From: Clostridia bacterium
GTDB lineage: Bacteria > Bacillota > Clostridia > Oscillospirales > CAG-272
Assembly: GCA_017461635.1 (NCBI GenBank)
Contig: JAFTXK010000001.1
Span: forward strand, 1 to 47,145
DNA length: 47,145 nt
Direction of reading: 5' to 3'
Part shown: in pieces, positions 26,886 through 34,729 of the stretch
How positions within the stretch are numbered: position 1 is the stretch's first letter
Layout: each line of letters opens with the position of its first letter
The notes under the pieces: generated by a model
The model's input: only the letters and a program-made list of their open reading frames with translations
The model's database searches: none
What the model was told of the DNA's origin: nothing
Position numbers and translations under genes: made by a program

Positions 26886-27729
26886 GATAATTGACGGTAA
26901 GGCGATATCTGCCGAGATAAGAGCTGAGATAACCGAGGAAGTAAAAGAGTTCGAAGCAAAGAACGGCTTTAAGCCCGGTCTTGCGGTCATTATAGTTGGT
27001 GAAAACCCCGCTTCCAAAGTATATGTAAGAAACAAGAAGCTTGCTTGCGAGCAGGTGGGTTTTTATTCCGAGGTCATCGAAATGCCCGAGGAGACCACCG
27101 AAGCAGAGCTTCTCGGCGTGATCGACCGACTGAACGGTGACGGAAAGATCCACGGCATTCTCGTTCAGCTCCCATTGCCTAAACATATAAATGAAGAATC
27201 CGTACTTCTGAGCATCGATCCCGCAAAGGATGTTGACGCCTTCCATCCCTTTAATGTGGGCAGGATAATGACAGGCAATTATGACCTTGCGCCCTGCACT
27301 CCCGCAGGAGTTATGGAGCTTTTGCGCCGCAGCGGTGTTGAAACAAAAGGCAAGGAATGTGTTATTGTCGGACGCAGTAATATTGTTGGTAAGCCTCAGG
27401 CTATGCTGATGCTCGCTGCTGATGCAACGGTTACCATCTGTCATTCGAGAACCACAGATCTTGCGGCTGTCTGCCGCCGTGCCGATATTCTCGTTGCCGC
27501 TATCGGAAAGCCGAATTTCTTCGGTGCAGATATGGTTAAGGATGGCGCGGTCGTTATCGATGTTGGGATCAACCGCGGTGCAGACGGAAAGCTCTGCGGA
27601 GACGTAAATTTTGCCGAGGTCGAGCCTAAGGCATCTTACATCACCCCTGTACCCGGCGGCGTTGGCCCCATGACCATCACAATGCTTCTTAAAAACACCC
27701 TGACCGCCGCAAAAGTCAGCCTGAAATAA
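26878..27729 (+). CDS. folD: bifunctional 5,10-methylenetetrahydrofolate dehydrogenase/cyclohydrolase FolD
   Basis: PGLAVIIVGENPASKVYVRNK, GILVQLPLPKHI, VIVGRSNIVGKP, TPVPGGVGPMT. Confidence 0.94.
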   Translation: MAKIIDGKAISAEIRAEITEEVKEFEAKNGFKPGLAVIIVGENPASKVYVRNKKLACEQVGFYSEVIEMPEETTEAELLGVIDRLNGDGKIHGILVQLPLPKHINEESVLLSIDPAKDVDAFHPFNVGRIMTGNYDLAPCTPAGVMELLRRSGVETKGKECVIVGRSNIVGKPQAMLMLAADATVTICHSRTTDLAAVCRRADILVAAIGKPNFFGADMVKDGAVVIDVGINRGADGKLCGDVNFAEVEPKASYITPVPGGVGPMTITMLLKNTLTAAKVSLK

Positions 27730-27735
27730 TTACAT

Positions 27736-27770
27736 AAAAAGATCCTATCGCATTCGTTAGGATCTTTTTT
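27736..27770 (+). terminator. rho-independent terminator after folD
   Basis: AAAAAGATCCTA-TCGCATTCGT-TAGGATC followed by TTTTTT. Confidence 0.75.
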
Positions 27771-27818
27771 ATTTTAAGGTATGCATAATAATTGATCTAA
27801 AAAACAAAATTGAACCAA

Positions 27819-28032
27819 AAACAATAATTTAGCGGATAGTTAGTTAATACCCTATGAGATCCTTCGCCGAGGCTCAGGATGACAGTACTGTACTGTTCGC
27901 AATGTTTCCTACGTTAAATCACGGTTGACTTAACAGTAGGAAACCAAGTGGGCGATCCCTTATTGTCATCCTGAGCCTCAGCGAAGGATCTCATAAACTA
28001 TCAGTTACTTTTCATAAGCTAAATTATTGTTT
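27819..28032 (+). repeat. family-1 nested-palindrome element, copy A (MITE-like, non-coding)
   Basis: Terminal inverted repeat AAACAATAATTTAGC / GCTAAATTATTGTTT. Inner 32-nt arms TATGAGATCCTTCGCCGAGGCTCAGGATGACA (27853-27884) and their complement (27964-27995). Central hairpin TTTCCTACGTTAA...TTAACAGTAGGAAA. Confidence 0.85.
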
Positions 28033-28095
28033 AGCCTTCAATTTTGATTTTAAGAGGTCACATTTTTATAAGCATTTAAACATCTAATATTTTTG

Positions 28096-28278
28096 TCAAT
28101 CATCAAAAGTATATCCGAACTCCTCTTCCAGCATTTTCTTATGACAAATCATAAAATGATCACATTCGTCACAACAGCAATCGATCTTCTCTCCGTTTTC
28201 ATCAAATTTCTCGCCGTTACCAAGGCAGTTCTTCCCTCCCACGCTCGGTGTCAATTCAATATTATAATAATCTATCAT
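28096..28278 (-). CDS. small cysteine-rich protein (60 aa), unknown function
   Basis: MIDYYNIELTPSVGGKNCLGNGEKFDENGEKIDCCCDECDHFMICHKK...; six Cys including a CCCxxC cluster. Strong RBS AAAGGAGGT 7 nt before ATG 28278. Confidence 0.6.
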   Translation of the reverse strand: MIDYYNIELTPSVGGKNCLGNGEKFDENGEKIDCCCDECDHFMICHKKMLEEEFGYTFDD

Positions 28279-28321
28279 AATAAACCTCCTTTTTGAGTAT
28301 TATACCACAACGCATAACAAA

Positions 28322-28373
28322 TTGCAATACAAATTGTTATGTATACAAGATATATTATTTGTAATACAATTGT
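28322..28373. promoter_or_regulatory. divergent promoter/operator region with two copies of a TTG(C/T)AATACAA(A)TTGT box
   Basis: TTGCAATACAAATTGT at 28322-28337 and TTGTAATACAATTGT at 28359-28373. The second contains the perfect palindrome ACAATTGT. Lies between the divergent Cys-rich and RHH genes. Confidence 0.4.
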
Positions 28374-28399
28374 GTTACTACCATTATGGAGGAGTTTTT

Positions 28400-28576
28400 A
28401 TGAGTAAATTTAAAATTCCGAGTGTACCGCAATCCACAAATAAATGTATCCGATTTCCAAACAAATTAATAGATGAAGTTAACGAAGCAACAAAAGGCAC
28501 TGATTGCACTTTCAGCGCATTTGTAATTGAAGCCGTACGCGTAGCTCTCGAAAATCTCAAAGAGGATGAGGAGTAA
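28400..28576 (+). CDS. ribbon-helix-helix (Arc/CopG-like) DNA-binding protein, 58 aa
   Basis: KCIRFPNKLIDEVNEATKG...TFSAFVIEAVRVALENL fits a beta-strand/helix/helix RHH pattern. ATG 28400 preceded by GGAGGAG. ORF track start 28322 is an upstream non-ATG extension. Confidence 0.6.
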   Translation: MSKFKIPSVPQSTNKCIRFPNKLIDEVNEATKGTDCTFSAFVIEAVRVALENLKEDEE

Positions 28577-28617
28577 AACCGTAGGGTATTCTTGCATGAG
28601 CTATATAGTTTTATTGC

Positions 28618-28830
28618 AAACGATAATTTATCGATTAGATAGTTAATCTCCCCTGAGATCCTTCTCCGAGGCTCAGGATGACAGTACTGTACTGTTCGCA
28701 ATGTTTCCTACGTTAAATCACAGTTGACTTAACAGTAGGAAACCAAGTGGGCGATCCCTTATTGTCATCCTGAGCCTCGGCGAAGGATCTCATAGGCTGT
28801 TAGTTACTTTTCCCCGATAAATTATTGTTT
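28618..28830 (+). repeat. family-1 nested-palindrome element, copy B (same orientation as copy A)
   Basis: Aligns end to end with copy A. I count 3 differences in the central ~140 nt by eye. Terminal repeat AAACGATAATTTATCG / CGATAAATTATTGTTT. Confidence 0.85.
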
Positions 28831-28910
28831 AGTTATTTATTTTTAGTTCTTAGAGGCTGCCTATTGTTTTTCTCTCAATTATTTTTATTCAGTAATTTTA
28901 ATACAATAAA

Positions 28911-28945
28911 CATCCCGTCAAAAACGAAATGTTTTTGACGGGATG
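28911..28945 (-). terminator. terminator hairpin at the end of the valS-DUF4349 transcription unit (15-bp perfect stem)
   Basis: CATCCCGTCAAAAAC-GAAAT-GTTTTTGACGGGATG; on the minus strand followed by TTTATTG. Confidence 0.6.
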
Positions 28946-28979
28946 CTGTCTTTTACTTATAAATTGCTTTTACAGTTTT

Positions 28980-29984
28980 TTATTTAGGCTGTTCCTTATT
29001 CTCTGCGGGAGCGATATTATGCTTTTTCGTGCGCTTCACCGCTATTACAACAACAGCAACTATAATAAGCGCAATTACCACGAGGATAAGAAGCGTGGGC
29101 AGAGCATAGACCAGTCCGACGGTAAAGTCTTTCCAATTCTCGGCAAATTCCTTCCAGCTCTCGCTGAAGGCTTCTCCTATACGTTCGCCGAAGGTCGGGT
29201 CTTTTATCGGCTCTGGGGTATAGTCTATAACCTCGGAGATCTCCATGTTTACCGTTGAAAAAGCTATCAGTGTGTCGTAATTGCGGATGCGAGCTTCGTA
29301 GCTCTCGATCTCATATCGGACATTTGAAATGCGTTCTTCAAGCGTGATCACGTCAGCAAGCTTTTCAGCCTTTGCGAGAAGCTCCAGCAATCTTGTTTCT
29401 TCAACCTTGAGTGTTGTAAGGCGAGCTTCAATATCGGTGTAAGTATCGGTGATATCATCAACCTTTTCGGTTTTGCTGGTCACATTCATGAGATCGCCAA
29501 CTGTATTCATAAAGCCATCCAGCTTTTCAGCGGGAATGCGGATGGTATAAGATGCGCGGCGGTTTGAATAATTCTCATAGCTCTTACCATAAACATTGGA
29601 TGACTGAATATAGCCGCCAAGAGCTGTTACCTCTGCTTCGATTTGAAACAGAACCGAATCAAATTCCTTGGTCTCCGAAACCATATTTACGGTTTTGATG
29701 ATCTTTCTGCCCTCAAGAGGATCGCTTTCGGGGCTTTCGACAATGCTTTCGCTGACATCGCCTTCAACCTTGCTGTAATAAGCATCCGATGTCCCCTTAT
29801 ATTCAAGCTCAATATCATAGCCCATATCCATGGCACTGCCCGAAGCCGTAATGCCGTTATAGCTGTCGTAATGTGCCTCGCTCTTCATGTCGTTTGCCGC
29901 CCCGCAAGAGGCAAGTGCCATAGCCAAGATGATAAGAACCGAGATGACAGAAATAAGCTTCACGAAATTACCTGTTTTTGACAT
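28980..29984 (-). CDS. DUF4349-like lipoprotein with C-terminal TM anchor
   Basis: Lipobox LALASC; RKIIKTVNMVSETKEF...ASYTIRIPAEKLDGFM...TDIEARLTTLKVEETRLLELL...ERISNVRYEIESYEARI matches the DUF4349 pattern as recalled. C-terminal TM LPTLLILVVIALIIVAVVVIAV. ATG 29984 after GGAGGA. Confidence 0.65.
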   Translation of the reverse strand: MSKTGNFVKLISVISVLIILAMALASCGAANDMKSEAHYDSYNGITASGSAMDMGYDIELEYKGTSDAYYSKVEGDVSESIVESPESDPLEGRKIIKTVNMVSETKEFDSVLFQIEAEVTALGGYIQSSNVYGKSYENYSNRRASYTIRIPAEKLDGFMNTVGDLMNVTSKTEKVDDITDTYTDIEARLTTLKVEETRLLELLAKAEKLADVITLEERISNVRYEIESYEARIRNYDTLIAFSTVNMEISEVIDYTPEPIKDPTFGERIGEAFSESWKEFAENWKDFTVGLVYALPTLLILVVIALIIVAVVVIAVKRTKKHNIAPAENKEQPK

Positions 29985-30027
29985 AGTTATGTCCTCCAAG
30001 TTATAAAATTCCGTGGCTTTGATTCGT

Positions 30028-32673
30028 TTACTGAAGCTTTGCTATCGCCTGCTTGATGCCTTCCAGCTTTTCCTTGTATTTAGCCAGCTTTTCCTTCTCG
30101 CCTTCAACAACAGCCGCAGGTGCTTTGGCAACAAAGCCTGCATTCGAGAGCTTGCCTTCGAGACGTGCTATCTCGCCCTCTGTCTTTTTCAGCTCCACAG
30201 CCAGCTTTTCCTTTTCCTTTTCGACATCGATGATATCGGAGAGAGGCAGGAAGATGCTTGCAGCATCGGTTACGATCTGAACAGCATCATCTGCGGAGAT
30301 AACCGAAGAATCAAAGCCTTCGGCAATCTCAACTTCGGAGGCGGAAGCCAGACGGCTGAAGAATACCGCTGTATTTTCATTGAAGGAATCGCTGTACTTT
30401 GTTGCGATATAGACCTTAGCCTTGCGCGAGGGAACGATATTCATCTCATTTCTGCGTGCGCGAATTGCGCGGATAGCGGCAATGAGACGCTCCATTCTTT
30501 CCGCATCTGCGGCAAAGTCAAATTTCGCATCATAAGCGGGATAAGCCGAGATCATGATGCTTTCATCATCATGAGGAAGTGACTGATAGATCTCCTCCGT
30601 GATGAAGGGCATAAAGGGATGCAGAAGCTTAAGCGCCACGGTGAGTACATAAGATATGACGTTCTGCGCTACCAAATTGTTCCCATTTTCTTTATCGGAA
30701 AGTCGAATTTTGCAAAGCTCTATATACCAATCGCAGAAAATATCCCAGATAAAGTCGTAAATTGCGGAGAGCGCAACGCCAACTTCATAGGAATCGAGAG
30801 CCTTTGTTGCTGTAGTGACAAGATCATTCAGCTTCTTTAAGATCCATTTATCTTCAAGGGCAAGATCCTTCTCCTCGGGAAGTGTGATCTTGTCGATCGT
30901 GAGGTTCATGCGAACGAAACGGGAAGCATTCCAAAGCTTGTTTGCAAAGTTTCTTGCCGCCTCGATCTTCTCGTCCGAGAAACGCATATCGTTTCCGGGG
31001 GAGTTACCTGTTGCAAGGGCAAAACGCAGAGCATCCGCGCCGTACTGATCGATAATTTCAAGGGGATCGATGCCGTTACCGAGAGATTTTGACATCTTTC
31101 TGCCCTGTGCATCACGAACAAGACCGTGGATAAATACTGTTGAGAAAGGCTCTTTGCCCATATGCTCCATTCCCGAGAATACCATGCGGGCAACCCAGAA
31201 GAAGATGATATCATAGCCTGTTACGAGCACGCTTGTGGGATAATATTTTGCCAGCTCTTCGGTCTTTTCGGGCCATCCCATTGTTGAGAAGGGCCAAAGA
31301 GCCGAGGAGAACCATGTGTCAAGCACGTCATTTTCCTGTCTTACAGGTGCGCCGCACTTCGGGCACTTATCGATATCCGTTTTGGAAACAGTCATTTCTC
31401 CGCAGGCATCGCAATAGAAGGCAGGAATTCTGTGTCCCCACCAGAGCTGACGGGAAATGCACCAGTCATGGACATTTTCCATCCAGTTTGTATATGTCTT
31501 TGTGAAGCGTTCGGGCTCAAACTTAACTCTGCCGTCGTAAACAACTTCGAGAGCGGGCTTTGCCAGAGGCTCCATCTTTACGAACCACTGATTTGAGGTC
31601 AGAGGCTCAACTGTGTTGTGGCAGCGGTAGCACGTGCCGACATTGTGGGCATGGGGAACTGTCTTGATCAGATAACCTTCTGCTTCAAGGTCTGCTATGA
31701 GAGCCTTGCGGCATTCGTATCTGTCCATGCCCTCATATTTGCCCGCATAGGAATTCATCGTTGCATCATCGTTCATAACTCTGATCTGCTCAAGACCGTG
31801 TCTCTGACCTACAAGGAAGTCGTTGGGGTCATGTGCGGGAGTGATCTTAACACATCCCGTACCAAAGCCTATCTCAACATAATCGTCCGCAATAACGGGA
31901 AGCTCTCTGCCAACGATGGGCAGAATGAGCGTTTTGCCGATGAGGTGCTTTGTGTTCTCATCCTCGGGGTTTACGGCAACGGCTGTATCGCCGAACATAG
32001 TCTCGGGACGTGTTGTTGCGATCTCAACATAACCGTCCTCGCCCTTGATGGGGTACTTGATATGCCAGAAATTACCGTTTTGCTCGGTGTATTCGACCTC
32101 AGCATCCGAAAGAGCCGTAATGCAATGAGGACACCAGTTGATAATGCGGTTTCCGCGGTAGATAAGCCCCTTATCATAAAGGTTTACAAAGACCTCGCGT
32201 ACCGCTTTTGAGCAGCCCTCATCCATTATGAAGCGTTCTCTTGTCCAGTCGCAGGACGCGCCAAGCTTCTTTAGCTGGCTGATAATGCGTCCGCCGTACT
32301 GCTCCTTCCAGCTCCAAACTCTCTCAAGGAATTTTTCGCGTCCGAGATCGTAACGGGTAAGTCCCTCGTTTACTCTGAGCTGTTCCTCAACCTTGATCTG
32401 AGTTGCGATGCCGGCATGGTCTGTTCCGGGAACCCAAAGGGTGCTGAAGCCCTGCATTCTCTTATAGCGGACGAGGATATCCTGAAGAGTTTCGTCAAGG
32501 GCGTGACCCATGTGAAGCTGACCTGTTACATTCGGGGGAGGGATAACCACGCTGAAGGCAGGCTTGCCGTCCTTGGGATCGGGTGTAAAATAACCTTTAT
32601 CGCACCAGTTTTTATAAATTCGATCCTCGAATTCTTTCGGCGCATAGGTCTTTGAAAGTTCTGTCATGTTCAT
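30028..32673 (-). CDS. valS: valine--tRNA ligase
   Basis: 881 aa; class I HIGH ([15 protein letters not shown]) and KMSKS motifs, C-terminal coiled coil. RBS AGGAGGT. Confidence 0.96.
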   Translation of the reverse strand: MNMTELSKTYAPKEFEDRIYKNWCDKGYFTPDPKDGKPAFSVVIPPPNVTGQLHMGHALDETLQDILVRYKRMQGFSTLWVPGTDHAGIATQIKVEEQLRVNEGLTRYDLGREKFLERVWSWKEQYGGRIISQLKKLGASCDWTRERFIMDEGCSKAVREVFVNLYDKGLIYRGNRIINWCPHCITALSDAEVEYTEQNGNFWHIKYPIKGEDGYVEIATTRPETMFGDTAVAVNPEDENTKHLIGKTLILPIVGRELPVIADDYVEIGFGTGCVKITPAHDPNDFLVGQRHGLEQIRVMNDDATMNSYAGKYEGMDRYECRKALIADLEAEGYLIKTVPHAHNVGTCYRCHNTVEPLTSNQWFVKMEPLAKPALEVVYDGRVKFEPERFTKTYTNWMENVHDWCISRQLWWGHRIPAFYCDACGEMTVSKTDIDKCPKCGAPVRQENDVLDTWFSSALWPFSTMGWPEKTEELAKYYPTSVLVTGYDIIFFWVARMVFSGMEHMGKEPFSTVFIHGLVRDAQGRKMSKSLGNGIDPLEIIDQYGADALRFALATGNSPGNDMRFSDEKIEAARNFANKLWNASRFVRMNLTIDKITLPEEKDLALEDKWILKKLNDLVTTATKALDSYEVGVALSAIYDFIWDIFCDWYIELCKIRLSDKENGNNLVAQNVISYVLTVALKLLHPFMPFITEEIYQSLPHDDESIMISAYPAYDAKFDFAADAERMERLIAAIRAIRARRNEMNIVPSRKAKVYIATKYSDSFNENTAVFFSRLASASEVEIAEGFDSSVISADDAVQIVTDAASIFLPLSDIIDVEKEKEKLAVELKKTEGEIARLEGKLSNAGFVAKAPAAVVEGEKEKLAKYKEKLEGIKQAIAKLQ

Positions 32674-32700
32674 TTTGTGACCTCCTGATTTATATACATA

Positions 32701-33057
32701 TTATTTATTCTCTCGCAGGTATCTGTCGATATATCTGCAAACACCTTCAAAATTTGTGTTAATATCGTTATTTTTTATTCTGAGGATTGTTATATTGAAT
32801 TGATTTATAAAATTCGTTCTTTGGGTATCATTTGCAATACCATCATCAGTATAGTGCTGTGAACCATCAAGCTCTATAATAAGATCAGCTTCAGCACAGT
32901 AAAAATCCGCAATATATTTCCCGATGATTTTTTGGCGAGTGAAACGATAAGGAGATTTTTTTAGATAATCATACCACAAATGCTTTTCTTCTTTGGTCAT
33001 GTTTTTTCTGAGCATTCTGGCTACAGGAACAAGACATTTATTATGTTTCTTTTCCAA
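32701..33057 (-). CDS. DUF559 (Vsr/restriction-endonuclease-like fold) domain protein
   Basis: ARMLRKNMTKEEKHLWYDYLK...FTRQKIIGKYIADFYCAEADLIIELDGSQHY...ILRIKNNDI is the DUF559 signature. TTG start 33057 with AAGGAGA RBS. Confidence 0.8.
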   Translation of the reverse strand: MEKKHNKCLVPVARMLRKNMTKEEKHLWYDYLKKSPYRFTRQKIIGKYIADFYCAEADLIIELDGSQHYTDDGIANDTQRTNFINQFNITILRIKNNDINTNFEGVCRYIDRYLRENK

Positions 33058-33090
33058 AAAGTGTTTCTCCTTTATAGTATCTTATCTTAT

Positions 33091-33348
33091 GGAACAATCC
33101 CTCAGTCACGGAAATAATATCCCCATTCTACATGAATAATTCCGCCGTGCCAGCTCCCTTTCCACAAGGGAGCCTAATAATCATGACCGTTTCCACATCA
33201 TTCTACATAAGATTTTACAATTCTCTGCGTAGAAAAAGTTACAAGGGATTCGCACTTACCCAAGGCTCCCTTGTGGAAAGGGAGCTGGCACGGCGGAATA
33301 CCTTTCCGTAGAAAGATATCATCATTCGCCGTGACTGAGGGATTGTCC
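33091..33348. repeat. family-2 nested palindrome (258 bp) between the T-box leader and the DUF559 gene
   Basis: Outer arms ACAATCCCTCAGTCACGG (18 bp perfect, 33094-33111 / 33329-33346). Inner arms TTCCGCCGTGCCAGCTCCCTTTCCACAAGGGAGCC (35 bp perfect, 33140-33174 / 33264-33298). About 89-nt centre without ORF. Confidence 0.85.
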
Positions 33349-33375
33349 GTGTCTAAAGTTACTTAAAATAAAAGC

Positions 33376-33632
33376 AAAAAAACGCTTCTGCATCCTTATT
33401 CAGGACGCTGAAGCGCGATACCACCTGATTTCGTGCAAAAGCACGCTCTCTGCCTGTACAAAAATACAGCTTCTCTGTAACGTGAGAACACGTCTGCCGC
33501 TAATTGGCTACTTAGCCGTTCACGGAAGCCGCTCGGGGACTACTTCATCGGTTTTCACCGCAGGGCTTCCACCGTCCCCTGCTCTCTATGGGCAAAATCT
33601 GCCGATTACTACTTCCCGTCATAGCGTTATGA
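33376..33632 (-). promoter_or_regulatory. T-box riboswitch leader, valine specifier GUA
   Basis: Minus strand: ATGACGGGAAGTAGTA (K-turn/AGTA), AGAGAG bulge, GGTGGAAG distal loop, GAA-GTA-G specifier (33543-33541). T-box motif AATCAGGTGGTATCGCG (33430-33414). Terminator GCGCTTCAGCGTCC-TGAATAA-GGATGCAGAAGCG + TTTTTTT. Confidence 0.85.
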
Positions 33633-33636
33633 GCCG

Positions 33637-33665
33637 ATTATAACACATTTTTTTGCATTTGTCAA
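33637..33665 (-). promoter_or_regulatory. promoter of the valS T-box leader
   Basis: Minus strand TTGACA (33665-33660), 17 nt, TGTTATAAT extended -10 (TATAAT at 33642-33637). Confidence 0.65.
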
Positions 33666-33684
33666 TAAATTTTTCAAAAAACTA

Positions 33685-33713
33685 TTGACAAACAGGTGGT
33701 TTTATGATAAAAT
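33685..33713 (+). promoter_or_regulatory. promoter of tRNA-Thr
   Basis: TTGACA (33685-33690), 17 nt, TGATAAAAT (TAAAAT 33708-33713), about 20 nt before the tRNA 5' end. Confidence 0.6.
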
Positions 33714-33733
33714 ATCACACGTTGAGCAATTTT

Positions 33734-33809
33734 GCTACTATGGCGCAGCAGGTAGCGCACGTCATTGGTAATGACGAGGTCATCAGTTCGAATCTGATTA
33801 GTAGCTCCA
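33734..33809 (+). tRNA. tRNA-Thr (anticodon GGT), CCA encoded
   Basis: Hand-folded cloverleaf: acceptor GCTACTA/TAGTAGC, D stem GCGC/GCGC, anticodon stem CGTCA/TGACG with loop TTGGTAA, T stem ATCAG/CTGAT with loop TTCGAAT, 76 nt. Confidence 0.9.
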
Positions 33810-33825
33810 TTGTAAACAATAAATG

Positions 33826-33860
33826 TAAGCCGTCATCTTTGTTTGGCGGCTTATGTTTTT
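33826..33860 (+). terminator. terminator after tRNA-Thr
   Basis: TAAGCCG-(14 nt)-CGGCTTA followed by TGTTTTT. Confidence 0.55.
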
Positions 33861-33971
33861 GTAATAAAAAATTTTTAAAATTTTCGGGAACATTTCTTTT
33901 TCTTCTGCGTCTATGGGTAGGGGAGCGAGGATCGGCTCCCGAAAAAACACAAAATTCAAAGGAGAACTATT

Positions 33972-34667
33972 ATGAAAAAGTTTCTTGCACTCATCCTTGC
34001 AGCGATAATGCTCTTCGCTGTAGTATCCTGCGGCAACACAAATAATGAAGGTCAGGATACAGACACCGACACAAACGCAGTTGTTGACACAAATGACACC
34101 GCAGAAGGCACAGACACAGAAGCTTCCGACACAGAGGATACCTCTGCTGATACAGAAGCCGATGCAGAAGGCTCTGATGCCGCTTATAGCAGCGCAGTTT
34201 CTCTTCTTGAGACCATCTGGGCTACATACGGTGATGACGAGAAGTTCTTCATCGGCGGCGGCAACACCTACAATGCAGACACAATGACCATGGACGCTCC
34301 CGGCACATTCGTTGCACTCGCAGATACCGATTATGATGAAAACCTCGGTTATCCCGCAGCAGACGTTGCAAAGCTCGACGATGCGGCTTCCATGTTCCAC
34401 GGTATGAATGTTAATACCTTCACCTGCTCTGCTTTCCATTTCACAAACGGCGATGACGCAAGTGCAATGGTTGACACCATCAAGGAGAACATCAAGAACA
34501 GACAGTGGATCTGCGGTTTCCCCGAGAAGCTCGTTATCATAAGCGTTCCCGGCGACTATCTCCTTGTTATGTGGGGTGTAGGCGAGGGCGCAGTTGATAC
34601 CTTTGTTGCAAAGACCACTGCCGCTATCGAAGGCGCAGCAGTTCTTGTTGACGAGGCTCTTGCATAA
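33972..34667 (+). CDS. lipoprotein with Asp/Thr-rich linker, unknown function
   Basis: MKKFLALILAAIMLFAVVSCG signal/lipobox, then low-complexity DTDTDTNAVVDTNDTAEGTDTEASDTEDTSADTEADAEGSD, then a ~150 aa globular domain. RBS AAGGAGAA. Confidence 0.75.
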   Translation: MKKFLALILAAIMLFAVVSCGNTNNEGQDTDTDTNAVVDTNDTAEGTDTEASDTEDTSADTEADAEGSDAAYSSAVSLLETIWATYGDDEKFFIGGGNTYNADTMTMDAPGTFVALADTDYDENLGYPAADVAKLDDAASMFHGMNVNTFTCSAFHFTNGDDASAMVDTIKENIKNRQWICGFPEKLVIISVPGDYLLVMWGVGEGAVDTFVAKTTAAIEGAAVLVDEALA

Positions 34668-34729
34668 TTAATATAGCTTACACTGAAATGGGACTGCCGC
34701 TGATCGATAGTGACAGTCCCAAAATAATA

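Noticed and set aside
28096-28278. Cys-rich 60 aa protein considered as the missing SCIFF precursor.
   Set aside because: Its Cys spacing (CCCxxC cluster) and acidic tail do not resemble the SCIFF pattern as I recall it. It is 13 kb from the maturase-like fragment and on a separate islet.
27819-28830. Two 213-bp repeats considered as a CRISPR-like or tandem array.
   Set aside because: There are only two copies ~800 bp apart, each a long palindrome far larger than CRISPR repeats. The 'spacer' contains two genes, and no cas genes are present.
33541-33560. Alternative reading of the T-box specifier as ACC (Thr) in GTGAAAACCG, tempting because tRNA-Thr is adjacent.
   Set aside because: Folding stem I pairs AATCGG with CCGAT. 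This places GAA-GTA-G in the canonical specifier-loop position (GAA + codon + purine), and GUA (Val) matches the downstream valS.
33884-33948. Stem TTTTCGGGA...TCCCGAAAA with an inner GGGAGC/GCTCCC hairpin upstream of the lipoprotein gene, considered as a riboswitch.
   Set aside because: It has no recognisable riboswitch core motifs. It is short and could be chance pairing, and I cannot support a call without covariation data.
34045-34170. Apparent DNA repetitiveness (GACAC/GATAC motifs) inside the lipoprotein gene.
   Set aside because: It reflects an Asp/Thr/Glu/Ala-rich low-complexity linker in a coding frame. It is not a discrete tandem repeat or regulatory element.
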